NCBI GenBank assembly: GCA_035626855.1
Contig: DASPMW010000109.1
Location: forward strand, 895-64,894
Direction of reading: 5' to 3'
Origin: Patescibacteria group bacterium
GTDB taxonomy: Bacteria; Pseudomonadota; Alphaproteobacteria; Micavibrionales; UBA2020
Length of the DNA stretch: 64,000 nucleotides
Shown here: positions 34,354 through 42,956 of the stretch, one piece after another
How the letters are laid out: the number at the start of each line of letters is the position of its first letter
Numbering within the stretch: position 1 is the first letter of the stretch
Translations under genes and position numbers: made by a program
Notes under the pieces: model-generated
The model's database searches: none
Seen by the model: the letters and a program-made list of their open reading frames with translations, nothing else
What the model was told of the DNA's origin: nothing

Positions 34354-35592
34354 TCACGGTTTCGGCGCGGCAGGCGCGGCGGGCGCATTTCCGTTGCCCG
34401 GCAGCGGCGGGTTGAGGAGCGGCAGCGCCTTTTCCACAAGATTGACCCAATAGCTTGCGCCGATCGGCAGCGCCGCATCGTTGAAATCGTATTTCGCGGA
34501 ATGGATGTCCTGGTATTCCTTCGCGCCGGGCTTGCCGGTGCCGAGCGCGATATAGTTGCCGGGCTTGTGCTGCAGGTAGAAGGCGAAATCCTCGGTGCCG
34601 AGAGTCGGCGGCACGGGCGTGATGACCTGGATGTCGCCCACCGTCTCTTTCGCGACGTCGATCGCGAAATCGGTCTTCGCCTTGTCGTTCACGAGCACGG
34701 GATAGCCGGCGCGCAGGTCGAAATCGATCAACACGCCGTGCTTTTGCTCGGCCTCGTCAACGACGCGGATCATTTCATCTGTCAGCTTCTGGTGCAGCGC
34801 CTCGTCAAAGGTGCGCATGGTGCCGGAAATTTTCGCGGTATCGGGCAACACGTTCGAGGCGTCGCCCTGCGTCGAGAGCGAGGTGAGGGTGAGGGTGGCC
34901 GTCGCAGTCGCGGGAATCTCTTTTTTAGCGATCTCCTTGAAGGCGAGCGCGACTTCGGCCGCCGCGCCCAGTACGTCGGTCGTGTTTTCGGCGCGGCTGG
35001 TATGGCCGCCCTTGCCGCGCACGGTGATGTCGAAATCCTCGGACGCCGCGAGCATCGGCCCCGCGCCGGTCGCCATCGTGCCGAGCGGCAGGCCCGGATA
35101 GTTGTGCATGCCGTAAACTTCATCGGCCGGGAACTTGGTGAACAACCCCTGCTTGATCATTTCCTGCGCGCCGCCGACATGCTCCTCCGCCGGCTGGAAG
35201 ACGAAGTAAACCGTGCCGTCGAAATCCTTCGACTGGGCGAGATGCTTGGCTGCGCCCAGCAGCATCGCCATATGGCCGTCATGGCCGCAGGCATGCATCA
35301 CGCCGTTGTTCTTGGAGGCATGGGGAACGCCGGTCTTTTCCTGGATCGGCAGCCCGTCCATATCGGCGCGGAGCATGATCGCCTTGCCGCCCGGGCCGTT
35401 CTTGCCGTGAAGCACGCCGACGACGCCGGTTTTCGTGAGGCCGTGGACATCGAGGCCGAAATCCTCGAGCTGCCGGATGATGAAGCGCATGGTGCGCTTT
35501 TCATCGAAGGCGAGCTCGGGGTCCTGGTGCAGTTTCTGGCGCCAGCGCGTCATTTCCTGCTTCATTTCCTGAATTTTCTTAACGATACCCAT
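34354..35592 (-). CDS. M20-family amidohydrolase (hippurate hydrolase / N-acyl-amino acid amidohydrolase type)
   Basis: 412 aa. RADMDGLPIQEKTGVPHASKNNGVMHACGHDGHMAMLLGAA is the typical M20D pattern, and it ends in a Pro/Ala tail, NPPLPGNGNAPAAPAAPKP. Confidence 0.85.
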   Translation of the reverse strand: MGIVKKIQEMKQEMTRWRQKLHQDPELAFDEKRTMRFIIRQLEDFGLDVHGLTKTGVVGVLHGKNGPGGKAIMLRADMDGLPIQEKTGVPHASKNNGVMHACGHDGHMAMLLGAAKHLAQSKDFDGTVYFVFQPAEEHVGGAQEMIKQGLFTKFPADEVYGMHNYPGLPLGTMATGAGPMLAASEDFDITVRGKGGHTSRAENTTDVLGAAAEVALAFKEIAKKEIPATATATLTLTSLSTQGDASNVLPDTAKISGTMRTFDEALHQKLTDEMIRVVDEAEQKHGVLIDFDLRAGYPVLVNDKAKTDFAIDVAKETVGDIQVITPVPPTLGTEDFAFYLQHKPGNYIALGTGKPGAKEYQDIHSAKYDFNDAALPIGASYWVNLVEKALPLLNPPLPGNGNAPAAPAAPKP

Positions 35593-35790
35593 GGCTTATA
35601 TATCCTTTGCGTCCGGAAGCCGTAACCTTGCCGGGAAAAAGGCAGTCGCGCCTGTTGAAAATACGATAGTGCATCATGTGGATTCGCAGATGATGTGTCA
35701 ACGGCACGAAGGCTGTTCTTTTAATTAGCTTATTTTGTACTTGCTTTGTTCTCGTTTCCATGCTAGGGTATAAAAAATGGAGACGCACAG

Positions 35791-36378
35791 ATGGCAAGCA
35801 AAACTAAAAGCCTCCCCTTCCTCCCCGCGCTGATGGCAAGGGCACAGGAATTCTTCTCCCGGCTGGCGGGCTGGCTGGATGCAGTACTCGCGCCCCTCGA
35901 GGCGGAATGGACCGCTGCTCCCGCTCTCGTCCCCGCCAGGATTTCCGAAACCCGCACCCGCCGCATCACGACCGCCCGCCTCTACAAGCGCCGCCGCCTT
36001 TCGGCGCGTGCGGTGCTGATGATGGCGCATCCGGTCAACCATGCCCATAAATGGGCAGCCCGCGTGGCGAAGCGCCGCGCGCTGGCGGCGCCCGCGCTGC
36101 CCGTGCCTGCATCCACCATCCGTTTCCCCCAACCTCCCGCTTCGCGACGACTGGAATCCGCGCTGCCCGCCGCCTCAGGTTATGCCCCTGGGGATGCCCT
36201 TGATTTTGCCCAAGGCGGGCGCGCGGATCTTTTTTTCCGCCTGCGCGCGGGCACCGGCGCCCGGCAGTTGCTGGCGCGGCAGAAATTGCGCCAACCCGAA
36301 TTGAGAACGCAAGCATTGCGACCCCCGGTCAGCAGGCATCCTGCGGCGGCATTCACACCCCGCCCCATGATTGCCTGA
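35791..36378 (+). CDS. Hypothetical Arg/Ala/Pro-rich protein (uncertain)
   Basis: 195 aa with GGAG 8 nt upstream of the ATG and GC-rich third positions. A hairpin plus T-run (CCCCTCCTC...GAGGAAGGGG..CGTTTTT) follows the stop. The composition is also what wrong-frame ORFs give in GC-rich DNA. Confidence 0.35.
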   Translation: MASKTKSLPFLPALMARAQEFFSRLAGWLDAVLAPLEAEWTAAPALVPARISETRTRRITTARLYKRRRLSARAVLMMAHPVNHAHKWAARVAKRRALAAPALPVPASTIRFPQPPASRRLESALPAASGYAPGDALDFAQGGRADLFFRLRAGTGARQLLARQKLRQPELRTQALRPPVSRHPAAAFTPRPMIA

Positions 36379-36476
36379 CGCCAGCTTCGGCGGCTTGATC
36401 GTGAGCCAATCCCCCTCCTCCCCGGCGGCGAGGAAGGGGATCTCCCGTTTTTCATGATTCATGCGATACTGGAACA

Positions 36477-36770
36477 ATGGCGCGCCGGTTCAGCGAAGAG
36501 GAATATATCTGCCAGGATTGCGGGCATCTTGGCCGCGCAGAAGTCACCCTGCGCGGCAGCGCGGGGCTGGAGCGGTTCCTTTGGTATGCGCTGCTGATAC
36601 CCGGCCCCTTTTATTCCTGGTGGCGGCGGCGGGGGAAAACCCTGACCTGCGCGAAGTGCCGCGTCGGTTATATCGTGCCCGCGGACAGCAAGCTCGGCGA
36701 GGTGATGCTGGAGAACAAGCTGCGCGGCCGCGCCCCCGCCGCGCGCAAGCCGATTCCGCGGCGCAATTGA
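36477..36770 (+). CDS. Small zinc-ribbon protein with hydrophobic insert between the CxxC pairs
   Basis: 97 aa. YICQDCGH...LERFLWYALLIPGPFYSWW...LTCAKCRVGY, followed by a basic tail. Confidence 0.5.
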   Translation: MARRFSEEEYICQDCGHLGRAEVTLRGSAGLERFLWYALLIPGPFYSWWRRRGKTLTCAKCRVGYIVPADSKLGEVMLENKLRGRAPAARKPIPRRN

Positions 36771-36815
36771 GCGGCCCCTGCGGTTCGGCCTATACTGGCG
36801 CAAAGGGGAAACACA

Positions 36816-37634
36816 ATGAAGCTCTGCAAATACTGGGACGCCGCTGAAACGACGGCGCCGGACGCGACCGGGAAGATATTGAAACTGCGCAAATGGGGCG
36901 GATCGAATACCAGCCTGGAGGATGCGCAGCGACAGGCGTGCGCGGCGCTGGATGCGCTCGTCGCAGGGTTGGGCGCGCGCGTGTTCAGAGGGCACGACTA
37001 TTCCTACAGCATGCGCGAGGTGCCCGAGGAGCTGGTGCAGGAAATCAGCGACACCGCGGGCGTCACACGCAATGCGCGCGGCTGTCTGGTTCTCAATACC
37101 GCCGATGCGTTCTTTGCCGATATCGATATTCCGGAGCCGGGATTTTTCGCGCGTCTGTTCGGCGCGTCGAAAGAGAAGGCGGAGCAGGCGGCGCTTTCAA
37201 AGCTGCGCACGTTCATCGCGGCGCATCCCGGTGCCGGCGCGCGCATCTATCGCACGCGCGCGGGCCTGCGTTACCTGTTCACGCATGCGCCGGTGCCCAT
37301 GAGCGAGGAAAGCATCGGCTGGCTGGAGGCGCTTGGCAGCGACAAGCTCTATGTGCGCCTGTGCAAGAACCAGAAATGCTACCGGGCAAGGCTGACGCCG
37401 AAGCCCTGGCGCATCGGCTGCGGGGCGATCGCGGGGCATTACCCCTATCGCCGCCCGGAACACGCCGAGGGATTCCGGAACTGGCTGCGCGACTACGAAG
37501 AAAAGTGCCGCGCCCACGCGACCTGCAGCCTTGTCGGCACGGAGGGGGAAACGCGCCTTCACCCGGCACTGTCGCCTATCGTGACGCTGCATGACAAACT
37601 ATGCCGAATTCACGAGCCCCTGCCGCTCGCCTGA
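36816..37634 (+). CDS. Hypothetical protein (orphan, 272 aa) with DxD motif
   Basis: Coding-like ORF. The motifs FFADIDIPE, ARIYRTRAGLRYLFTH, LGSDKLYV and CYRARLTPKPWR occur in that order. No family recognised. Confidence 0.55.
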   Translation: MKLCKYWDAAETTAPDATGKILKLRKWGGSNTSLEDAQRQACAALDALVAGLGARVFRGHDYSYSMREVPEELVQEISDTAGVTRNARGCLVLNTADAFFADIDIPEPGFFARLFGASKEKAEQAALSKLRTFIAAHPGAGARIYRTRAGLRYLFTHAPVPMSEESIGWLEALGSDKLYVRLCKNQKCYRARLTPKPWRIGCGAIAGHYPYRRPEHAEGFRNWLRDYEEKCRAHATCSLVGTEGETRLHPALSPIVTLHDKLCRIHEPLPLA

Positions 37635-37650
37635 TCGCGCCGCGCGCCTT

Positions 37651-37695
37651 AAAAAAACCAAAAGCCCCGCAGTTGCCTGCGGGGCTTTCGATTTA
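37651..37695. terminator. Bidirectional intrinsic terminator between convergent genes
   Basis: AAAAAAACCAAA-AGCCCCGCAG-TTGC-CTGCGGGGCT-TTCGATTT. The 10-bp GC stem has an A-run on one side and a T-rich run on the other. Confidence 0.65.
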
Positions 37696-37709
37696 TGAGG
37701 CTCGTTCGC

Positions 37710-40700
37710 TTAAACGACGATCGTGCCGGAGCCAACGAGGGCAGTCTCGTCCGTGCCGAGGTTGACGCCGGTGAGGGTTGCGATCTGCACCCAGCGCGTG
37801 CCGTTTGCCGTGCCATCCGCATCGACGCGGATGATGGTGTTGGCACCCTGGTTGATGACCTGCAGGTAGTCCTCGATCGGGCCGCCCGGGCTGCCCAGGA
37901 TCGCGGAAACGTCGATCACGTCGCCTTGGCCGACGTTGAAGTCGGTCACGGTGTCGCGGCCGTTCGCGGTCGAGGTGAACAAGAAGGTATCGGCATCCGC
38001 GCCGCCGGTCAGGCGGTCGTTGCCGAGGCCGCCGTCGAGGAAGTCGCCGCCCAGGCCGCCGAGCAGCGTATCGTTGCCGCCGAGGCCGGAGAGGGTGTTG
38101 ATGCCGTCGTTGCCGGTGAGCGTGTTGGCAACCGAGTTACCCGTGCCGTCGAGATCGAGCACGCCCGTCAGCAGCAGTTTTTCGAGGCCGGTCGCCAGCG
38201 TGACGTCGATCGTCGAGGAAGTGACGGTATCAACGCCGTTGCTGTCGATGATCACGTCGCCTAAGTCGTCAACGACATAGGTGTCGTTGCCGGCGAGGCC
38301 GATCAGCGTATCCGCGCCGCCGCCGCCGTCGAGCGTGTTGATGCCCGAGGTGCCGGTGATCGTGTTGGTGTTGGCGTTGCCGGTGCCGTTCAGGGCGCCG
38401 TTGCCGGTGAGCACCAGGTTGTCGATCAAGGCATCTGACTGCGCGCCGCCCAGATCGAAGCTGATGCTGGAGCGGACAGTATCGGTGCTGGTCGCCGAGC
38501 CTTCAACGCTGTCACCGACGTTATCGACCACGAAGGTGACGTTGTTGAGGCCGCCGCCCGCGTTGACCATGACATCCGCGCCCGCGCCGCCGTTGAGGGT
38601 GACGTTCGCGCCGACTGCTTCCGAGGTCAGCGTGTTGTCGCCGGTGCCGCCCGTGAGGGTGCCTGCGCCGGTGATGACGCCGTTCTCGATATTGGCCGAG
38701 AGCGTATAGGTGCCGTTCGATTCGACGGTGTCATCGCCTTCGCCGGCTGCTTCGGAAACCACATCGGTCGAGGAGTCGACGACGTAGTAATCGTCGCCCA
38801 TGCCGCCGATGAGGCGATCGTTGCCGCCGCCGCCGTCGAGCGTGTCGTTGCCGCCAAGGCCGGTCAGGGTGTTGTTGCCCGTGTTGCCGGTGATGACGTC
38901 ATCATCGTTCGTGCCGGTGATGTTGATGTTCCCCGTGCCGGTTGCGATCACGTTCTCGAGGTTGCTGCCGGTCAGCGTGTAGTTGACGGAGGTGAAGAGC
39001 GTATCGTCGCCTTCGCCCAGCAGCTCGGTCACGACGTCGCCCGCGTTGTCGACATAGTAGGTGTCGTCGCCGTCGCCGCCGGTCATGCTGTCCGCGCCGG
39101 TGCCGCCGTCGAGCGTATCGTTGCCGAGGCCGGATTCCAGCGTGTCGTTGCCGCCAAGGCCGTTCAGGACGTTGTCGCCGTCGGTGCCCGTGATCGAGTT
39201 GTCGGAGGCGTTGCCGGTGCCATCGATCGCGCCGACGACCAGGGTGTCGAGAATGAGGTTCTCGACGCCCGCGCCGAGCGTCAGGGAAACGCTGGAGAAC
39301 GCGGTGTCGTTGCCGCCGCCGAGGTCGGTGACCACGTCGCCGACGTTATCGACGATGAAGTAGTCGTTGCCCGCGCCGCCTTCCATCGAGTCCGCGCCGG
39401 CGAGGCCGTCGAGCGTGTTGTTGCCCGAGTTGCCGACCAAGGTGTTGACCGAGGCATTGCCGGTTGCGTTGAAGTCGCCGGTGCCCGACAGGGTCACATT
39501 CTCGAACTCAGCTGCCGCGGTGTAGGAGTAGCCGGCGACGACGGTATCGTTGCCTTGACCCGCCACTTCCGAGAGCACATCGCCGGGGTTGTCGGTGACG
39601 TAGGTATCGTCGCCCGTGCCGCCGATGAGCGTATCGACGCCCGCGCCGCCATCGAGCGTGTTGTTGCCCGAGTTGCCGGTGATGGTGTTGGCGGCCGCGT
39701 TGCCGGTGCCGTTGATGTTGGCGGTGCCGGTGAGGTTGAGGATTTCAACTTCGCTGGTGCCGCTCAGGGTGTAGCTGACCGAGGCGTTGACGGTATCGGT
39801 GCCTTCGCCCGCGTTTTCGAATACCTGGTCGCCGGCGTTATCGACGAAGTAGAGGTCGTTGCCTGCGCCGCCGGACATCGCGTCCGCGCCGCCCATGCCG
39901 TCGATCGTGTTGGCGTTACCGTTGCCGGTGATGACGTTCGCGCCGGCATCGCCGATGGCGGTGACAGCCGCACCGGTGATGGTCAGGTTCTCGATGTTGC
40001 CGGACAGGGTGTAGTCGACCGAGGAAATCACGGTATCGGTGCCCTGGCCTGCCAGTTCGGAAACGACGTCGAGGGAGCTGTCAACGACGTAGGCATCGTT
40101 GCCGAGACCGCCGATCATGGTGTCGTCGCCCGTGCCGCCGTCGAGGCTGTCATTGCCGTCGCCGCCCGACAGGATGTCGATATCCGCGCCGCCCGACAGC
40201 GTATCCTGGCCGTCGCCGCCCGACAGGACGTCGTTGCCGGCGAGGCCGGTGAGGGTGTTGTTCGACGCGTTGCCGGTGATGATGTTGGCGTCGCCATTGC
40301 CCGTGCCGATGAGAGCGGTGCCGGTCAGGGTCAGGTTATCGACATCGGTCGTGCCAGCCGCGCCCAGGTCCCAGTTGATGCTGGAGCGGACTTCGTCGCC
40401 GGCAAGGTTGCCGTCAACGGTATCAAGCGCGTTGTCGACGACGAACACGGTGCGAATGTAAGCGCTGGTGCTGCTCATCGTGTCCGCGCCTGTGCCGCCA
40501 TCGAGCGTTTCGGTGCCGCTGACGCCGTACTTGGTGCTCGGCGTTCCATTAACGTTGTTGACCAGCGTGTCGTTGCCATCGCCGCCCAGCAGGATGTTGT
40601 TCACCGAGGGTTCGCCGAAAAAGGCGCCGTTGAAGGTGGAGTTGTCGGTGATGACGTTCGCGCCGGTGTTGCCCGTCGCGGTCATCGCGAGCGCGCCGTA

Positions 40701-42164
40701 TTTCTGTGCATCGCCTTCCAGCGTCAGGTTTTCGAGGTTACCGGACAGGGTATAGGAGGTGTTGTTGCGCAGAATAACCGTATCTGTGCCGGCCGCAGCG
40801 TCTTCCGAGACGATGTCGCCATTGTTGTAGATGATGTAAACATCGTTGCCTGCGCCGCCAATGAGCGTATCGGTGCCGCCCGCGCCGCCGCCATCAAGCG
40901 TATTGGCGAGCGCGTTGCCGGTCAGGACGTTGGAGCCGGTCGTGCCAACCGCGGTCGAGCCTGCAATGGCTGACGCGGTGAGCGTGAGGTTTTCGACGTT
41001 GGAAACGGTGGCGCCCTGGAGGCTCAGCGTCACATCGGAGAGGATAGTGTCGGTGCCGTCGCCGCCGTCAACGACTTCCGCGCCGCTGTGGACGAGGAGC
41101 GTGTCATTGCCGTCGCCGCCATTCAGCGTGTCGTTGCCCGAGACGCCATCGAGCGTGTTGTTGCCGGAGTTGCCGGTGATGATGTTCACGGACGCGTTGC
41201 CGGTGCCGTTGAAGTTGCCGGTGCCGGTCAGGGTAAGGTTTTCGAAGTTCGCGCTGAGGGTTGTCGTGAAGCCCGCGTTCACGGTGTCGGTGCCTTCCGC
41301 CGCCGCTTCGGTGATGCTGTCGGACGCGTTGTCGAGGAAGTAGGTGTCGTCGCCGAGACCGCCCGCCATGCTGTCGTTGCCCGCGCCGCCTTCCAGCGTG
41401 TCGTTGCCGTCGCCGCCAACGAGCGTGTCGTTCGCGCCGCCGCCGTCTAGCGTGTTGCCGAGGTCGTTCGCCGTAATCACGTTCGCGCCGGTGCTGCCGG
41501 TCGCGGTTGCGCCCGCGCCTGCGGCTGCGGAGAGCGTGAGGTTCTCGACGCCCGCGCTCTGGGTAGCAAGGCTCCAGCTGACATCCGAAACGATAAGGTC
41601 GGATGCGCCGTTCGCGCCGGTCACGGTGTCGCCCGTGCTGCCAACCAGGAAGGTGGTGTTGCCGCCGCCGGTGCCCGACATGATGTCGGAGCCCGCGCCG
41701 CCATCCAGCGTGTTGCTGCCGGCGGATGCGTTGATGAGCGTGTTGGCAAGGCCGTTGCCCGTCAGCGTGAGGCCGGTACCGGAGGTGATAGTGCCGTTCT
41801 CGATGAAATCGCCGAGGGTGTAGGTGACGGATGCGCGCACCGAATCAATGCCGCCGCCATCCGTGGTGGCGTCGGTTTCATCCGCGACGTCGAGGATGCT
41901 GTCGACGACATAGGTATCGTTGCCGTCGCCGCCGTACATGTAGTCGTCGCCGGTGCCGCCATCGAGGGAGTCGTTGCCGTCGCCGCCCAGCAGCGTGTCG
42001 TCATTCGCGTCGCCGTTCAGGGTGTCGTTGCCATTGCCGCCGTCAACGATGTCGTTTCCTGCGCCGCCATTGGCCGTGTCATTGCCTTTGTCGAGAAGGA
42101 TAACGTCTGCACCCGCGGTGCCGTTAAGAGAGTCGCTGCCGGTAGTGCCTTTGACGGTTGCCAT
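37710..42164 (-). CDS. Giant RTX (hemolysin-type calcium-binding repeat) protein, putative T1SS substrate
   Basis: 1484 aa consisting almost entirely of GGxGxDxUx nonapeptides (GGAGNDTLNGG..., GGDGNDTYVVD...). These are arranged in about 14 larger modules, each ending ...YTLSxxxENLTLTGxxxxxGTGN. It has no Cys and is acidic. The C-terminus (DVIDVSAILG...TIIRVDADGTANGTRWVQIATLTGV...GSGTIVV) is typical of a non-cleaved T1SS signal region. Confidence 0.9.
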   Translation of the reverse strand: MATVKGTTGSDSLNGTAGADVILLDKGNDTANGGAGNDIVDGGNGNDTLNGDANDDTLLGGDGNDSLDGGTGDDYMYGGDGNDTYVVDSILDVADETDATTDGGGIDSVRASVTYTLGDFIENGTITSGTGLTLTGNGLANTLINASAGSNTLDGGAGSDIMSGTGGGNTTFLVGSTGDTVTGANGASDLIVSDVSWSLATQSAGVENLTLSAAAGAGATATGSTGANVITANDLGNTLDGGGANDTLVGGDGNDTLEGGAGNDSMAGGLGDDTYFLDNASDSITEAAAEGTDTVNAGFTTTLSANFENLTLTGTGNFNGTGNASVNIITGNSGNNTLDGVSGNDTLNGGDGNDTLLVHSGAEVVDGGDGTDTILSDVTLSLQGATVSNVENLTLTASAIAGSTAVGTTGSNVLTGNALANTLDGGGAGGTDTLIGGAGNDVYIIYNNGDIVSEDAAAGTDTVILRNNTSYTLSGNLENLTLEGDAQKYGALAMTATGNTGANVITDNSTFNGAFFGEPSVNNILLGGDGNDTLVNNVNGTPSTKYGVSGTETLDGGTGADTMSSTSAYIRTVFVVDNALDTVDGNLAGDEVRSSINWDLGAAGTTDVDNLTLTGTALIGTGNGDANIITGNASNNTLTGLAGNDVLSGGDGQDTLSGGADIDILSGGDGNDSLDGGTGDDTMIGGLGNDAYVVDSSLDVVSELAGQGTDTVISSVDYTLSGNIENLTITGAAVTAIGDAGANVITGNGNANTIDGMGGADAMSGGAGNDLYFVDNAGDQVFENAGEGTDTVNASVSYTLSGTSEVEILNLTGTANINGTGNAAANTITGNSGNNTLDGGAGVDTLIGGTGDDTYVTDNPGDVLSEVAGQGNDTVVAGYSYTAAAEFENVTLSGTGDFNATGNASVNTLVGNSGNNTLDGLAGADSMEGGAGNDYFIVDNVGDVVTDLGGGNDTAFSSVSLTLGAGVENLILDTLVVGAIDGTGNASDNSITGTDGDNVLNGLGGNDTLESGLGNDTLDGGTGADSMTGGDGDDTYYVDNAGDVVTELLGEGDDTLFTSVNYTLTGSNLENVIATGTGNINITGTNDDDVITGNTGNNTLTGLGGNDTLDGGGGNDRLIGGMGDDYYVVDSSTDVVSEAAGEGDDTVESNGTYTLSANIENGVITGAGTLTGGTGDNTLTSEAVGANVTLNGGAGADVMVNAGGGLNNVTFVVDNVGDSVEGSATSTDTVRSSISFDLGGAQSDALIDNLVLTGNGALNGTGNANTNTITGTSGINTLDGGGGADTLIGLAGNDTYVVDDLGDVIIDSNGVDTVTSSTIDVTLATGLEKLLLTGVLDLDGTGNSVANTLTGNDGINTLSGLGGNDTLLGGLGGDFLDGGLGNDRLTGGADADTFLFTSTANGRDTVTDFNVGQGDVIDVSAILGSPGGPIEDYLQVINQGANTIIRVDADGTANGTRWVQIATLTGVNLGTDETALVGSGTIVV

Positions 42165-42428
42165 GTTTGTGAAGTCCTCTGGGTTGTGAATTTATGACTG
42201 TGTGGACGGTGTCCTGTTGAATCCTAGACGGCAAATATACGCAGATTCCCTCGGCTTGAAAATGGAATTATCCTCGTCGCCGCGCGGGTGGCCTGCGATT
42301 GCAAGACTTCACCCATGCGCCGTCAGTTATGGGCAATCCTTCCCGGCCGCATGAATTTGCCTTGGCAATGCGCGGGTGCTAATGGTGATTTTGTCGTCTG
42401 GTTCCCCGCATCGCGATATAAAGTTCTT

Positions 42429-42956
42429 ATGGATAACTCTACCGCCCTTATCGAACAATATGGCATCTGCGCGCAGCTCGGCGCCTATCGCCTGCTGCCG
42501 GTATTCCAGAATACGACAGAGGAGGTGCGCCGCCTCATCACCGACATGTGGGAGCGCAACCGCGCCCTGCCCGCCGGCGCCAATGCGGAGGCCAGAGCGA
42601 GGCAGGTGGTGGTGATGGCGCTGGGGCCGGAGGGCAAGCCGGTCGGCGTCAGCACCGTTTACAAGGACAGCTTCGCGCATACCGGCATGAAGGCGGCACC
42701 CGAGGGCCTGTACTATTTCTTTCGCACCTTCGTGCAGCCGAGCGACCGCGTGCATCACCTGTCACGGTTGCTGACCGCCTGCACCTACGATCATCTCAGG
42801 GACTTGAGCGACAGCGCGCGGCCGAAGGGCGTCGTCATCGTCGCGGAAAACCCGAAGCTGACAAAGCCGGTGCTGGAGCGGCTGGTGGGCACGCTGGGCT
42901 GGGATTACATCGGCGAAGATTCGCGCGGCAAGCTTGTCTTCCGCCGCGATTTCTAA
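42429..42956 (+). CDS. Hypothetical protein (orphan)
   Basis: I chose the ATG at 42429 (MDNSTALIEQYGICAQLGAYRLLPVF...), 175 aa. The longer ORF from 42288 starts in unlikely sequence. No recognisable motif. Confidence 0.45.
   Translation: MDNSTALIEQYGICAQLGAYRLLPVFQNTTEEVRRLITDMWERNRALPAGANAEARARQVVVMALGPEGKPVGVSTVYKDSFAHTGMKAAPEGLYYFFRTFVQPSDRVHHLSRLLTACTYDHLRDLSDSARPKGVVIVAENPKLTKPVLERLVGTLGWDYIGEDSRGKLVFRRDF

Noticed and set aside
35725-36477. Minus-strand ORFs (35725..36132, 36035..36316, 36175..36477, 36180..36455) as alternatives to the + strand 195-aa ORF, or as a frameshifted pseudogene.
   Set aside because: All are Arg/Gly/Ala-rich junk after a few residues, and no consistent protein emerges by joining frames. 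The + strand ORF has an SD, GC-rich third positions and a terminator, so I preferred it, though with low confidence.
36893-37594. 233-aa alternative-frame ORF overlapping the 272-aa gene 36816..37634.
   Set aside because: It is a same-strand overlapping frame with an Arg/Ala/Gly-dominated translation. The 36816 frame has balanced composition and ordered motifs.
39555-40973. 472-aa and many other 60-165-aa ORFs on the + strand across 37.7-42.2 kb.
   Set aside because: They are reverse-frame artefacts of the repetitive RTX gene: Pro/Ser/Val-rich or Gly/Ala/Arg-rich repeats that mirror GGxGxD codons. The minus-strand frame gives textbook RTX nonapeptides over the full length.
42289-42303. Sigma-54-like promoter TGGCCTGCGATTGCA upstream of the 42429 ORF (rpoN is encoded in this window).
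   Set aside because: The GG and GC elements are separated by 9 nt instead of the strictly required 10. This is a motif resemblance only.
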